In this document: in pieces, positions 45,874-58,084 of the stretch | Layout: every line of letters begins with the position of its first letter | Numbering within the stretch: the stretch's first letter is position 1 | Assembly: GCA_964035575.1 (NCBI GenBank) | Contig: OZ037839.1 | Span: forward strand, 1 to 64,000 | Source of the DNA: Rhynchopus sp. YZ270_cl-10 | Taxonomy: Eukaryota | Direction: 5' to 3' | DNA length: 64,000 nt | Made by a program: the position numbers and the translations under genes | Notes under the pieces: model-generated | What the model saw: only the letters and a program-made list of their open reading frames with translations | The model's database searches: none | Told to the model about the DNA's origin: nothing

Positions 45874-46863
45874 CGTGATGTTTGTGGTTTTCTGATGTGT
45901 GGTGTTAGTAGAGCTTTTTGTCCAGAGGGGCAGGGGTATGGGAGGGATGTGGTGAGATTGTGGGGTGATTCGAATTCACTTTCGCACACTGCATTCGAAA
46001 AAGGTCAAGACACTGCAAGAGACTTGTCTGCGTCGGCACCTGGACACACATTTTCCACACGTCTGCGCTTGACAATCAAACACATTTCCAGCAACGTGGG
46101 GTCACAACATGTGGTCACGCTCCCGCTTTGGCAGAGACACTTCTGCACAACATGCCACTACGACCTTTGCCCCTTCGATGCCCGACGGAGTGGGGGAGCT
46201 ATTGACAGCTCCGCCTGAGGCAGCATCTCGCACAGAGTCCATGTTTTCTTCAAATCGCTCCCAGCGTGTCGTGCACGACTCTGCAACGTGGATGGTGAGG
46301 GGATACGGAACATGAGTTCCACGTCAGCATATCTGACGAGAGCTTGTTTCAGAAAAGGTGCCACGCAAAAAGGCTAAGAGCTGTGCTGAAGTAGAGTGCT
46401 TCGACTGCGACTTCCATTCCTTGCTTGTGCACCTCCTTTGCCACAAGGAACGACGCGACACTGCAAGAGGGGTGCAGAAGAGACCCAACACCACCCTCAC
46501 CCCCCAATACGGACGGACACTTGAAGCACGAAATGTGCCTGAAATTGTTTTGTACACAAACATACGAAGCGGTACGCGTGAAAAGGTGGAGGGATGGGAA
46601 GGAACACAGTTATATTTTATCCTCGAACAGTTACAAACGAGTTTTCGAGGGGTCGGTGTTCAATTTCCTTTTAGCATTGCATGAAAGCATAAAACAAATG
46701 AAAGAAGCAATGCACAAAACCCTAACATATGGCGTGCTAATAAAGAAGGGCGACCACCTTGTTTGTTACCCTTCCTGTCCCCATGTACCATCCCCGAATA
46801 TGCCTAGGTTCGTGATACTGGATAAACAACAGCGCACATCAGTTGTCTCACGTACAGTGCACA

Positions 46864-47300
46864 CACCCTGAAAACGTAACCCCTTCCCTCTAGCACAGAC
46901 CCACCTTTGGTAGTTGGTCTGCCCTACTGCCTCTTCTGCACCGTAGCTGAGTGCCACGGTGACAGCTTGTACCCACCTGCGAAACAATGTTCGCAAGGTC
47001 CCTTCTTCTACTAACGTAAAAAAGCGTAAAAACATAACAAAACCACAACACACCACACTGAATAAACATCAGAGCACGTACCTGCAGATCCACAGTTGTT
47101 TCACATACAGTGCACACACCCGACAAAGCAAAGAAGACAAACTTTTTTACACAGACCAAATAGTCATCTTTGTGATCAAGATCTTGACAATTCCCACAAA
47201 AACGTGGACCACATTACAAACCGATGCTACCCTCATGAACATTAAACAAACATTTGCCAACTGATGTGTCACTAAACTGCCACCATGTCTGCTTTCGCTG
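46864..47300. repeat. Segmental duplicate of ~29775-30320 (downstream flank of the Ubl-LRR gene)
   Basis: Shared CACCCTGAAAACGTAACCCCTTCC...GATGCTACCCTCATGAA and GCCAACTGATGTGTC...ACTAAACTGCCACCATGTCTG. Confidence 0.85.
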
Positions 47301-47343
47301 GAAGAGCTACTTGAGGAAGCCCGTTATGCAGCACACCTCATCG

Positions 47344-47727
47344 TCATTGTGCTCTCTGCCGTTTGTGTGCTTGCTGGGGGGATTCGTCTCTGCTGAGTTT
47401 CGGATGTGCTTCAACCACAAGATGCCTCAGATCGCACTTCACTACTGTGTCGGACACAGCACTGCTGCAGCCGGTAAGGTAAATACTCTTCAACGAAGTG
47501 CAGTTCCAAACAAAGTACGAACCAACAACCTTAACCCTGCTGAGTGGTGAAAGATCCAGAGTGGTTAAACCTTTGCACCCGTAGAGAAAGTAACTACCGA
47601 CGTCTCTCAAGTTGCTGAGTGGTGAAAGATCCAGAGTGGTTAAGCCTTCGCACTCGTAGAGAAAGTAACTACCGACTTCTGTCACGTTGCTGAGTGGTGT
47701 AAGATCCAGAGTGGTTAAACCTCTGCA
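47344..47727 (-). pseudogene. 3' fragment of a Ubl-LRR paralog
   Basis: C-terminus is nearly identical to the 30460 gene (…ESPQQAHKRQRAQ). Homology stops abruptly near 47727. Confidence 0.8.
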
Positions 47728-49253
47728 CTGTGGTGTGCACAATACACTCGAGCCTTCCGGAGAGGTGTGCACGTCCTGGTACACACGCATCGAGTTCGTG
47801 TCCTGCGACATCGACGCAGTGAGGCGCTTCAGAGACTCCGTGTTCTTCGTGAAGTTTCTGTACAGGTGTGTCGTACTCACCAAGCTCCAGCACATCTTTG
47901 CCCACTAGTGCGTCGTGTCGCAAGCACCGTCACGAATCTCCACGTTCCCCCCGTGCGACCCAGTGTCCTGTGCCATCCCACCCTCAGCAGTGATGTCTGT
48001 CAGCATCAGGTGGTCCTGGTGAGAGAAGTACTCCTTCTGGTCAAACTCACCTATGATCTTCTATTGCGCATCCCATCCACCCCTGCTTGTCATGTACTCG
48101 TCGACGGCTTACACGAGCGCAGATGGTGACGTGATGTTGGTGTACAGACTGTGCATGTTCGTGTAATCCATGGTGAAGCCCTTCCCTTGATGCTGGGTCC
48201 AGAAGCACCTGAACCTGGAAACCAAAGATGGTCACCAAAGTCATGTTCACAAGGCTTTTGCTGTTTTGTGTCTGTATTTTGGCGCAAGTGCAGAAGAAAC
48301 AAAGCCACTTAGCGATATATGTGCTGAAATGGTACCCATGCAAGCTCCGCATTCCCAAAGAGGCACTCATCAGTGTTGATACCCCATGAAACGGAGAAAA
48401 CGGGACTGACTCTTTCGACGGCATCCACTGCACATGGTTTGCAATGCCTAGTTTTCTATGTGGCCGCCAAACGTAACAACACACGATCAACCAAGTTCTG
48501 TTCGTAATGGTAGAGCCTTACCGCCACCCCGTCGTAGCGTGCGGCATCGTCAGACATGTAAGGAGATTCATAAAGAAGCCGCGGGCTGAGTATCTGGAAT
48601 GGATAGACTCGTTGAAAGCTAGCGCATTCGTCCGTCAGGGCCTGTGTCACAGGCAAGAAAACCGTACCACGAATCTGACCACCCAGCTCCACAGTGTTCT
48701 TCCCCAGATATGCATGCGTCACGTCGATTACGCACCTCCCGCTCTCCACGCCTTGTCCTGACCAGGGCAATCCATTTTAAAATCCATTTTTAAAAAAGAT
48801 GAAAAGCAGAGAGTTAAAAAAGGAGAAAGAACAGCAAAAAACGTTGTGTGAAAAAGTTTTTTCTGTCTTGGAACAGGCGCGAGAGATTGGTCATTTTTTT
48901 CATTTTTTGCATTTCAGAAATTAACAACTTTTCAAAAGTTAAAAATTCTTGCTTTAATGGAAAGATTGGGCTCCAAAAAGCCCAAATTGGGGGTTTTGGA
49001 TTTTTTTTTTTGACGTTTTTGGAGACTTCTGAAGAAACAGCTCCAAATGACACTTTTCGTGACAGCGACTGATATACACGGGGGGGGGTAGGTAAGGAAA
49101 AAATCGCGAATAGAAAAAATGGGTGAGATATTGAAAAAGTTGGAACGCTTCCTCACCCAGATCCACACATTGCAATCCCGAGTCGCGGAGACTCTCGACT
49201 GGTGTTTTCGAGAGTTTTAGCGATTTAAAAAAAAAGGAAAAAATTCGCGATTA

Positions 49254-50269
49254 CTGGGGGGGGGTCGAATAGAAGCCCCCCCCCCCCCCCCCCCTTGTAT
49301 TCACCATGTCAGCGCTTTTTTTAGGGGGGTTTTCAAACATAAAATTATTGTATAAATATTTTATGATCTGTTGAATACAAGTCCCTAAAAGGATTTTGCA
49401 TGTCGCAAAAAATTAAATTTTTTACGTAAAGGGGGGGGTCCAAATAACTATATTATTCGGTAACTTTGAAAAGCTAAAATCGCGGCAAAAATAAAAAGTT
49501 ATTTGGAACCTAAGTTATTTGGGGGTAAACTTATTTGGGCACTGAAAACAGGGTTTTTTCTCGTTGCCAACTTGGTGAAGCTTTTAGACACCGGTATTTG
49601 CATTTTTGGAATCCGTCCAGCCAGTGGTGGGGTCAATTTGCCAAAATGGACAAGTTCTCGTTTTTGATCAATTTCCTCATAGTACACAGTAGCAGGACAG
49701 CACCAGAGGTCGGGGGGTTGGGGGTCCAAAAGTCGGGAGTCGGCGGGAGGGTCAACTCTTATTTTCTGTTTTCCTGTTTTGTAGTTTGGTAAAGACCCCA
49801 GAAGACCCGACCGCCCGAATGATGATGCTGCTTTAAATCTGTTTCACCCCAGACTTCCTTCTCCAGCGTGGCTGCCGCCTAGATGATTATATCTGTGGTG
49901 TAAAAAACTAGCTTTTTACACCGTACCATAAAATTTTTTCGCCTGCGGCGCCATTTTATATAGTACACTATCAGTTTGGGGGAAAATTTTGAAAAATAAA
50001 AAAGGAGGTGAGAGGGGGCGAAGTTATTCGGTAACTTTTTCGGCACCCAAAATCTGAGAAAAAAAAAAGTTATTTGGGAAAATAGCTATTATTTGGGGGT
50101 AAACTTATTTGGGCCCCCCCTTTATGCTAAATACAAGTCCCTACAGTGGAGTACCCCCTACTGGTACTCCGTGTAGGGACTTGTATTCTAAAATATATTT
50201 TATGAAAACGGCCAAAATAAAAGGGGGACTTGTATTCGGCAGGGGACTTGTATTCGTCCCCCCCCCCAG
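49254..50269. mobile_element. ~1-kb MITE with TA target duplication (Tc1/mariner-like)
   Basis: TA|CTGGGGGGGGTCGAATA ... TATTCGTCCCCCCCCCCAG|TA, with subterminal GGGACTTGTATTC repeats. A similar solo end (TATTCGCCCCCCCCCAG|TA) is at ~38163-38181. Confidence 0.75.
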
Positions 50270-50349
50270 TAATCGCGAATTTGTGAAATGTAAAATTCGT
50301 TCTCTAAACATCGCAATGAGCGCCTAGCCTCTCGAAAGATGCACATGCC

Positions 50350-51771
50350 TCACATGCATACACATTTCCTCACTCTGCTGGCTGCGGCACCATCGGCTTC
50401 GACATCATATCCTGCGTCAACTTCTTCTATTCCACTGACGACAACGGTGCGCACGTTGCGAGGAAGCCGTCCAGCCCAAGTGTCTGCTTGCGCGCCAGTG
50501 AGGTGAACTGTCGACAACTTCTTGCAAAAAGATAGGAAGCAGTTCCCGATCGAAGTGAGTGCTTGCATGCCTGTGAAATCAACAGTCGACAACGTCGTGC
50601 AACTGTATAAGAAGCAGTTCCCGATCGAAGTGACTGCTTGCATGCCTGTGAAATCAACAGTCGACAACGTCGTGCAACCATCTAGGAAGTAGCTCCCGAT
50701 CGAAGTGAGTGCTTTCATGCCTGCGAAATCAACAGTCGACAACTTCGTGCAACCATCTAGGAAGTAGCTCCCGATCGAAGTGAGTGCTTTCATGCCTGCG
50801 AAATCAACAGTCGACAACTTCGTGCAACCAGCTAGGAAGTAGCTCCCGATCGAAGTGACTTCTTGCATGCCTGCGAAATCAACAGTCGACAACGTCGTGC
50901 AACCATCTAGGAAGCAGTTCCCGATCGAAGTGAGTGCTTTCATGCCTGCGAAATCAACAGTCGATAACTTCGTGCAATTACGTAAGAAGTAGTTCCCGAT
51001 CGAAGTGAGTGCTTTCATGCCTGCGAAATCAACAGTCGACAACGTCGTGCAACCATCTAGGAAGCAGTTCTCGATCGAAGTGAGTGCTTTCATGCCTGCG
51101 AAATCAATAGTCGATAACTTCGTGCAACCAGCTAGGAAGTAGCTCCCGATCGAAGTGAGTGCTTGCATGCCTGCGAAATCAACAGTCGACAACGTCGTGC
51201 AACCAGCTAGGAAGTAGTTCCCGATCGAAGTGACTGCTTGCATGCCTGTGAGATCAACAGTCGACAACATTGTACAGCCAGCTAGGAACCGGTGCCCAAT
51301 CGCGGTGACGAAGGGCAATTTTGGTAGGTCCAGTATGGTGTCGCAGTGAGGAAGGGAAGTGTCACGAATGTCATCCACAATCGACACGCAACTGGAACCA
51401 ATGCACGTTACTGCACTTTCCGGGAAGAAGCCATCAGGGATCGCAGTCACAACTTCTGCCTGCAGAAGCAAGGAAGCCACCTTCGGATCGGTCACCTTCT
51501 TCAACCTTTCATCTGTGATGTCGGTCTCACCCAGTGCATGAAGTGCTGCTATGGCCTCGTATCTCGTTGTTTTCGTCAGTACTACTGTGTCTCCAGCACT
51601 CAGTTCTGTGATGTCCTCCCCCTCCTCCTTCCCTCCGAAGCCCATATGAAAGCTGTCTTCGGCCAACCCCGTTGCTGTCGCCACCTTCCGACGCAGGGCC
51701 TCCGTTGTGTCATCCTCACCCACCTCGATCACATGCTCCGTTTCGGCATACCCCTGTATCGTCACATCCAT
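50350..51771 (-). CDS. Ubiquitin-like + LRR protein with C-terminal CaaX-like motif (473 aa)
   Basis: N-terminus is paralogous to the 30460 gene. About 11 LRRs of 25 aa (LSTVDFAGMKALTSIGSYFLDGC). Ends CVCM. Confidence 0.85.
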   Translation of the reverse strand: MDVTIQGYAETEHVIEVGEDDTTEALRRKVATATGLAEDSFHMGFGGKEEGEDITELSAGDTVVLTKTTRYEAIAALHALGETDITDERLKKVTDPKVASLLLQAEVVTAIPDGFFPESAVTCIGSSCVSIVDDIRDTSLPHCDTILDLPKLPFVTAIGHRFLAGCTMLSTVDLTGMQAVTSIGNYFLAGCTTLSTVDFAGMQALTSIGSYFLAGCTKLSTIDFAGMKALTSIENCFLDGCTTLSTVDFAGMKALTSIGNYFLRNCTKLSTVDFAGMKALTSIGNCFLDGCTTLSTVDFAGMQEVTSIGSYFLAGCTKLSTVDFAGMKALTSIGSYFLDGCTKLSTVDFAGMKALTSIGSYFLDGCTTLSTVDFTGMQAVTSIGNCFLYSCTTLSTVDFTGMQALTSIGNCFLSFCKKLSTVHLTGAQADTWAGRLPRNVRTVVVSGIEEVDAGYDVEADGAAASRVRKCVCM

Positions 51772-52138
51772 TTTTGTGTCTTTCTCTGTTTGTGGTTGTG
51801 GGACCAGGGAAGAAACAGGGAGCGCAACTCCCCCCCACGGAATCGCCAACTAGTTGCTCTGTAACCGTACGCAGACATGCGGCACTTTGCTATGGTCAGA
51901 AATTTTTATCCCAAAAAAATCAAAAAAAAATTGTTGAAATTTTCTGGCTTTTCTGAACTTTTTCCAGCTACTTTTCTGGTCGAGTAGCCATTTTCACTTT
52001 TCTGGTGTATGAGAAGTTTTCTGGGTGGGTGACTGGATTCTGGGTGGTACAGGGTGTGTCTGCCACCCAGGCACCTGGGTGCCCAGACACACCCTGGGTA
52101 CTGGTGTATTTTGGCCCAGGTACCCAGGTGCCTGCCAT

Positions 52139-52370
52139 ACACAGGTACACAGGTACACAGGTACACAGGTACACAGGTACACAGGTACACAGGTACACAG
52201 GTACACAGGTACACAGGTACACAGGTACACAGGTACACAGGTACACAGGTACACAGGTACACAGGTACACAGGTACACAGGTACACAGGTACACAGGTAC
52301 ACAGGTACACAGGTACACAGGTACACAGGTACACAGGTACACAGGTACACAGGTACACAGGTACACAGGT
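52139..52370 (+). repeat. (ACACAGGT)n 8-bp array
   Basis: Perfect array of about 29 copies, preceded by a palindromic head at 52046-52135. Confidence 0.95.
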
Positions 52371-52579
52371 AAAACCCGTTAAAATTGTGTGTGAAAGTTC
52401 CTCAAAGCCAGAAAATTTCAACAAAGCCCTGTTTTCACCTCCCAAAAAGTCGTTTTCTCTTGATTCGTGATTTCAGAGTGTGCACTCAGAAAAACTCATC
52501 AAGAAAACGACTTTTCTGGTCGGTAGGGGAGCTATATTTTATTTCGGTGCTCCGGAGCCTCTGCGTGCTGTGATGGGGT

Positions 52580-52886
52580 CTTAAACCTTTGAAGCCGTAG
52601 AGAAAGCAGCTACCGATGTGCGTCAAGTTGCTCAACCCTGACATGTCGATGCTTTTTTTTGTCAACGTTGTCCAGAAACCTATCACCAACTTCCATCACA
52701 CACGACACAGCACTCAGATCAAGTCTCGTTAATGATGAACCCGACAAGAACTCGTCCGGAATTACAGTGCGCAACCTCCGCCTGCAGAAGCAAACACGCC
52801 ACCTCAGGATCCCCGACCTTCTCCGCTCTGCAGTGATGTCCGACTCACCCAACCCATGAAGCTCTGCTTGGGCTGCGTACTTCTTA
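52580..52886 (-). pseudogene. Frameshifted internal fragment of a Ubl-LRR paralog
   Basis: KYAAQAELHGLGESDITAE and VIPDEFLSGSSLTRLDLSAVSCV match the 30460 gene, with frameshifts. Confidence 0.8.
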
Positions 52887-53606
52887 GAACGCTGGCGGGG
52901 GTCCGTTTTCGATGCATGCACCCCTATCCGAGATAGGTGATACAATACATCGTGGAGGTGATGTTATATAAGTCCATCACCGCCCCTGCTGTGCCCATCC
53001 TTCTGCTTCTTCTTGAGGAAGCCCCCCATCGTCGTTTGTCGCCCCTTCGAGGTGTAGTGGTGGCGACGGCAGCAGTGGTCCAGCGTCCGCTTCTCTCAGT
53101 TCCCGCACCTCGAGAGTCTATGCGTAGTGCAAGCTTCGTGTCGGATCGGTAACCCGTCGTCGTCGGAGTGGTGCGCAAAGCAGCAATGCATCAGGTCTGC
53201 CTGGGCGTTCTTCGAGCAGGCATCACACTTCGTCTTCCGGTGCAGCACACATATCGCAAACTGGAAGATCGGAACCGCTCCTTCAGGTGCCTTCACGGGT
53301 GCGTCCCAATGGGAAGGGGAAACGGCAAGACTCATGGCACCCGAAGAACGCGTCTTTCATTTCCAGACGTATTGCATACTCGTACAAAATCTTAATAGAC
53401 ACACTCTGTTGATTCTAAAAACAGGGGTGGGAAAATAGGTTTGCGGGTTTGTGAACAGCAATGAAAAATGATAACACGGAGAGGAGAGGAGGGAAGGGGG
53501 ATAGTTTTTATCTCGAAAAGAGGCGCTACGATGAGGTTTGCGGGGCGAATGTGGAGGCCGAAACAACCTAATGAGTGGAGAAGTTGTACAAACACTACCT
53601 CTCCAC

Positions 53607-54725
53607 TCAGTAGGGGTACAGATGTCTCGTCACGATTGTACCAAGTCTCTGGTTCACAAATACCACGACACATGAACAAGGAGATATCGCAAATGAGAAG
53701 GGCTGTACTTGGGGCAGCAACACACGCACAGAAGACATGGTCGTCACATCATACTGGTGCAGTGAATAGTCTTCAGAAAAATCATCCACCAACTCAACTA
53801 CGAGATACTTCCCACACAGAGTGAACTGCATGGAACTGACAAAAAAATACCCCGCTTTTTTAAAGTTACCAAGAGCCGTACCACTCCAATCGTACAGCTT
53901 CACTTCGTTAGAGCACACCACAGCAAAGACAGAGGCGGGCCGTGAAAGCGCCACGCTCCACCCCTCCGCAGACACACAGGCAACAGGGTTACCTGCGTTC
54001 ACATCCCACAGACGTGCGCTGTTGTTCTGCTCGCCATGAGAAGAGGTGATCACCCACCCACCACAGTCCGATACTGCCAGTCCCGCGCACCCCTCGTGCG
54101 GGAGAGAGCGGAGCAACGCCAGGTCTTCGTCATACACAGAGACACTTCCTTGACCACGGGAGACAACAACACCACCACAAGCGAACACTGCATACGAGGC
54201 TTCATCGACTTTGCGGAGCACCTCCCCACCCGGAAGCGCAACCTCAAGCATACCGTCCTTGCACGCAAGGTAGCAGCGTGTCTTGCTCCGGGAGATGGCA
54301 GGCGCACCGCACACCACAATGTCTACTTTGAACGTGAAGGCACGTTTCAAGGTATCTGTATCGAGGCCGGTGACATAGCTTGCCTTCTGTGTAAACAGGC
54401 AGAGTGCTCCGCAACACGACAGCGATAAGTGACTTGTTGCGTTTATCTCCTGCGTTCCAGTTGGCACCTCTACACTGTACTCAGCAGGACACTTAATGTC
54501 GGCAAAGCGGCGGACAAGCACGACCTGCACTCCTTCACCAAGCGCAGTGTCCTGCAGACGGCACTTCCCTTCCAGCACCTGCGTGCCGATGCGCATCTCG
54601 ACAGACGCAGTCGAGACAGCAAGCGCCGTGCACGCAAGCTCCTTTGCCGCCGCAGCATTCCCGTCGCACGGCACTTCCACTGTCGCAGTCACGCCCGACT
54701 CTTCCAGCACAAAGGTCACATCCAT
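53607..54725 (-). CDS. Ubiquitin-like + WD40/beta-propeller protein (372 aa)
   Basis: Ubl-like N-terminus (MDVTFVLE...LQDTALGEGVQVVLV), then blades such as LAVSDCGGWVITS..ARLWD, VKLYD and FAISPC. Confidence 0.8.
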   Translation of the reverse strand: MDVTFVLEESGVTATVEVPCDGNAAAAKELACTALAVSTASVEMRIGTQVLEGKCRLQDTALGEGVQVVLVRRFADIKCPAEYSVEVPTGTQEINATSHLSLSCCGALCLFTQKASYVTGLDTDTLKRAFTFKVDIVVCGAPAISRSKTRCYLACKDGMLEVALPGGEVLRKVDEASYAVFACGGVVVSRGQGSVSVYDEDLALLRSLPHEGCAGLAVSDCGGWVITSSHGEQNNSARLWDVNAGNPVACVSAEGWSVALSRPASVFAVVCSNEVKLYDWSGTALGNFKKAGYFFVSSMQFTLCGKYLVVELVDDFSEDYSLHQYDVTTMSSVRVLLPQVQPFSFAISPCSCVVVFVNQRLGTIVTRHLYPY

Positions 54726-55146
54726 TGTTTTATCTTCTTCTTCCTCTGTTCGGGGGAGATGAGGTGAGCAACCGTATCTGGGGTGGGTTGCTTTGTTTTG
54801 TGTGTTTGTGACGGCGGGTTTGCGGGTTTGTGACATCGTTATGTCTGTGGTTTCCACCAATAGAAAAATTTAAAAAAGAGAGGAAGAGGTGTGTGGTTGT
54901 TATCCTCTGAAATGTCTGAAAAAATGAATTCTCTCACAGGCTAGGTCGAGGGTCCCACACAAATACTGATGCAACGATAGCGACCGCAAAACTCAGTAGG
55001 TACGGATGACAGGCGGCACTTTCCCATGATTCAAAGGTAAGCACTCGTGAACACGACGATATCGCAAACTCACCCAGGCTGTGCGGTATCACACAGGACA
55101 TGGTCGCCGCAACATACCAGAGCAAGGTTCACAGGCGATGTTCCAC

Positions 55147-56337
55147 TCAACAACATGCACAACCTTCCAAGGGTTCACGGGGAACACGCGCGACTGTGTT
55201 CGGGACCATCTTCACCTTTTCGATGAGCAATCTCCACTCGCCGTGCTGCTCCGTCAAGCGACACACGGAGAACAGCATATCGGTTGATACGGCAAGCACA
55301 ATGCTCCTTGTGTCCACTCGTTGCCGCTCACCAACCAAGACGTCCCAGCGTAGTACTACCTCTGACGAGGTGCTGCTGAAGATGTACCGCGAGCACGCAC
55401 TCCACGTGAAGTGCAGGATGGATGATGGATGGCGGAACTTCCTTACGAGGTCACGTCTCTCTGTGTCGAAGACACGAAGCTCCTTATCGAAGTACACTGC
55501 AAGCAGACGCGAGTCCGGCGAGAACAAGGGTACGTTGAATATCAGAGACTTCCTGTCCCACAGCACCGAGGGACGCCGGCTCCTCTCACCGAACCTCATG
55601 ATGCCGTATGAGCTGTAGCTTGTAGCGACCCACCCCCCGCACGGCGACAGCACTGCAAGGTATGTCGTGCCACGCACGGCGTCCTCACAACTGACCGGCC
55701 CCAGCATCAGCATGCCTTTGTCGGTGGCGGCAAGGACGTGGTTACTGCTCTCAGATGCGGACAGCGCCCTGACCAGGAATGCCTGTGTCTGCACTGTGCG
55801 GAGGCTCGTGAAGGTTGTGCTGTCCAGCCACTCGACGGAGGAGTCCTCTGCAAACGCGCACACAATGTGCAGAGATGTGAGTGCAATGCAGGACACTCGG
55901 CGAGTTGTGACTGTTGTTGTTGTGCCACGCACGAGATCGACCTTAAGCAGGTGGCCCGTATCACCGTCCACGAACGCACACCAGGTGCGGCAGGGCGACA
56001 GCGTGAAGGCTTTCCCGTAGTTGCTGTGCTGCACGTCACGCCGCCACTCTCCCTCCACAATGTCGGGCTCGCCGGTGAACTCTGCCAGCAGCGTATCCCC
56101 ACTGCATAGGCCAGTGTCGCGCACGAGCGTTGTGTTCTCGCCCAGTTTCACCTTATTTGCGTCCTTCGTGTCGCGCAGCAGCTGTGCAGGTGCCGGCAGA
56201 CCCTCAGTGTCCACCGGTGGTGTGTCAGGCAGAAGCACCTCTGTGGCCTTGTGTCGCAGCTCCAGAACTGTCTCGCCTTCGCCCACCTCGACAGCACAGA
56301 CCTTCCCGCTTTCGAGACACCTCACGTGGACCTCCAT
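55147..56337 (-). CDS. Ubiquitin-like + WD40/beta-propeller protein, copy 1 (396 aa)
   Basis: MEVHVRCLESGKVCAVEVGEGETVLELR (Ubl), then FSPDSRLLAV, LRVFD and VLRWD. Ends CACC. Confidence 0.82.
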   Translation of the reverse strand: MEVHVRCLESGKVCAVEVGEGETVLELRHKATEVLLPDTPPVDTEGLPAPAQLLRDTKDANKVKLGENTTLVRDTGLCSGDTLLAEFTGEPDIVEGEWRRDVQHSNYGKAFTLSPCRTWCAFVDGDTGHLLKVDLVRGTTTTVTTRRVSCIALTSLHIVCAFAEDSSVEWLDSTTFTSLRTVQTQAFLVRALSASESSNHVLAATDKGMLMLGPVSCEDAVRGTTYLAVLSPCGGWVATSYSSYGIMRFGERSRRPSVLWDRKSLIFNVPLFSPDSRLLAVYFDKELRVFDTERRDLVRKFRHPSSILHFTWSACSRYIFSSTSSEVVLRWDVLVGERQRVDTRSIVLAVSTDMLFSVCRLTEQHGEWRLLIEKVKMVPNTVARVPREPLEGCACC

Positions 56338-58084
56338 TGATGGGTGGGAACAGGTGTATTGTGTTTGCTGGGGTGTAGTGTCAATACAGGTCAACCAAAA
56401 GGAACAACACTAAACACCTTCAATTTTATTTTTCCTTCCTTCAAAACTTCACACACAACGCTTTTTTGGTTTTTGGGAGACACACAAGGTGCCAGGTTCT
56501 ATGGTAAGCACGGAACCACCCTGCACCTGTTTGTCATGTTGTTTCCCGTGCAATACATGGAGAAACGTTTCGCACTCGAAACAAGGGAAACAAAGCTTTT
56601 TTAATAAAAAATGAACGAAGCACAAAAACAAGCGTGTGTGGAAGAAAAAAGAAAAGGGAAAATATTTTTTCTGATTCACAGTGGTGTTTATGTTTTGGGT
56701 ACGGGGCGGAGAATAAAATCTGTTCGATAAAAGAAACGCAAGCTTTTTGTTTTATCTTGTTCAGAGCACAGAATGATCAAAATGCACTAGAGTACCCAAA
56801 GAAGCAGGAGAGGGTATCTGAAGCACGCTCAAACGTGTGAGGGAAATTGCTTCGAAAAAAGGGACATTGAAAGGGATAGTAAAATGTTTTTCGAAAATCC
56901 AAAAAAAAAAGGGCAGTAACGAGAACCAAAGAATAACCAATAATTGGTCATTATTATTCACTCTTGATTTTTGGAGATAAAGTGGTTTTATGCCAATATG
57001 GGGTGTATTTTCACTTTATGGCCAAAAGGGGGCGGCAGTGGGGTATTCTTTTTGTGTTCTTCTAAATTACTAGACTAATTGAATAATTCCACAAACATGT
57101 AAAACAACAACGGTAAAAGGAGGGTGGGAAGTGTAAAAAAATCAGAAAAAATGTAACATTCCGGGGTCAGTGCAAAAGCAACCCAGCAATACTCAGTTTA
57201 CCATAGCAGAGTAGTAGCAGTAGTAGCATCTGGGAGGACTGAACGGGATACAACCCGAACTCAAACAGCAAAAGTATATCCAATCCATATGCGTTTCAGT
57301 TCCGAAGAACAGTGGTGTGTAATTTACTTTTTTTACATTTTCTCTGAAAGTTTTTTCAAAATGGGATATGATAGGTGGTGCTATTTTATTGGGTCGTGAT
57401 CGGCAAAATAGCCGGAAATGAGTCACTTTACAGAGTATAAATTTTACTTTATATCTGTCTCGTTTCTGCTGCGCTCTCACCACATTCCCACTCCATTCGG
57501 TTTTCTCTTACAGATCGCAGTGTAGGGGGCAAAAATGCGGATGACACGGAGCGTGCCACAACTCTTCAATGACTCCGCCTCCCTTTCTTTTCGATGTTGG
57601 AAAACACAAAGGAAAGGGAGTTTAGCGAGAGTGTTTTGAAGCATGGGTAAATCGTATAGGAAACATTGCCAACGGGGGAAGAGGAGAAATTGTAGCTATT
57701 AATGCAGGCACCTCCGACTGAGCCACGATGCCAGCCCCGGATGAAAGAACCAGTACCCTGCAGCCAACATCACGAATATGTAAAAAGAAACCTGGTGTAT
57801 CAAAAGAAAAAGAGTGGTTATCCATCCATACTCCTGATGCGAGCACCCGGCATTGTAGGAGGGAACCACCGTCCATGAATCCCTTTAACGCCACCAAGGA
57901 CGAAGGCCCACAGACGAAACATGAAACTTTCCACCCTCAGGTACAACCGAAGACTCCCGGATGCAATTTAATGTCACAGCCCAGGCAGGACACAAAAGAA
58001 GAAGGGAGAGGTTGTCAAAATAAATAAGGCAGCTTGGCCCTTACCAGGCCAGACGTAGCTGTTCCAATAAACAACCCAAAACTT

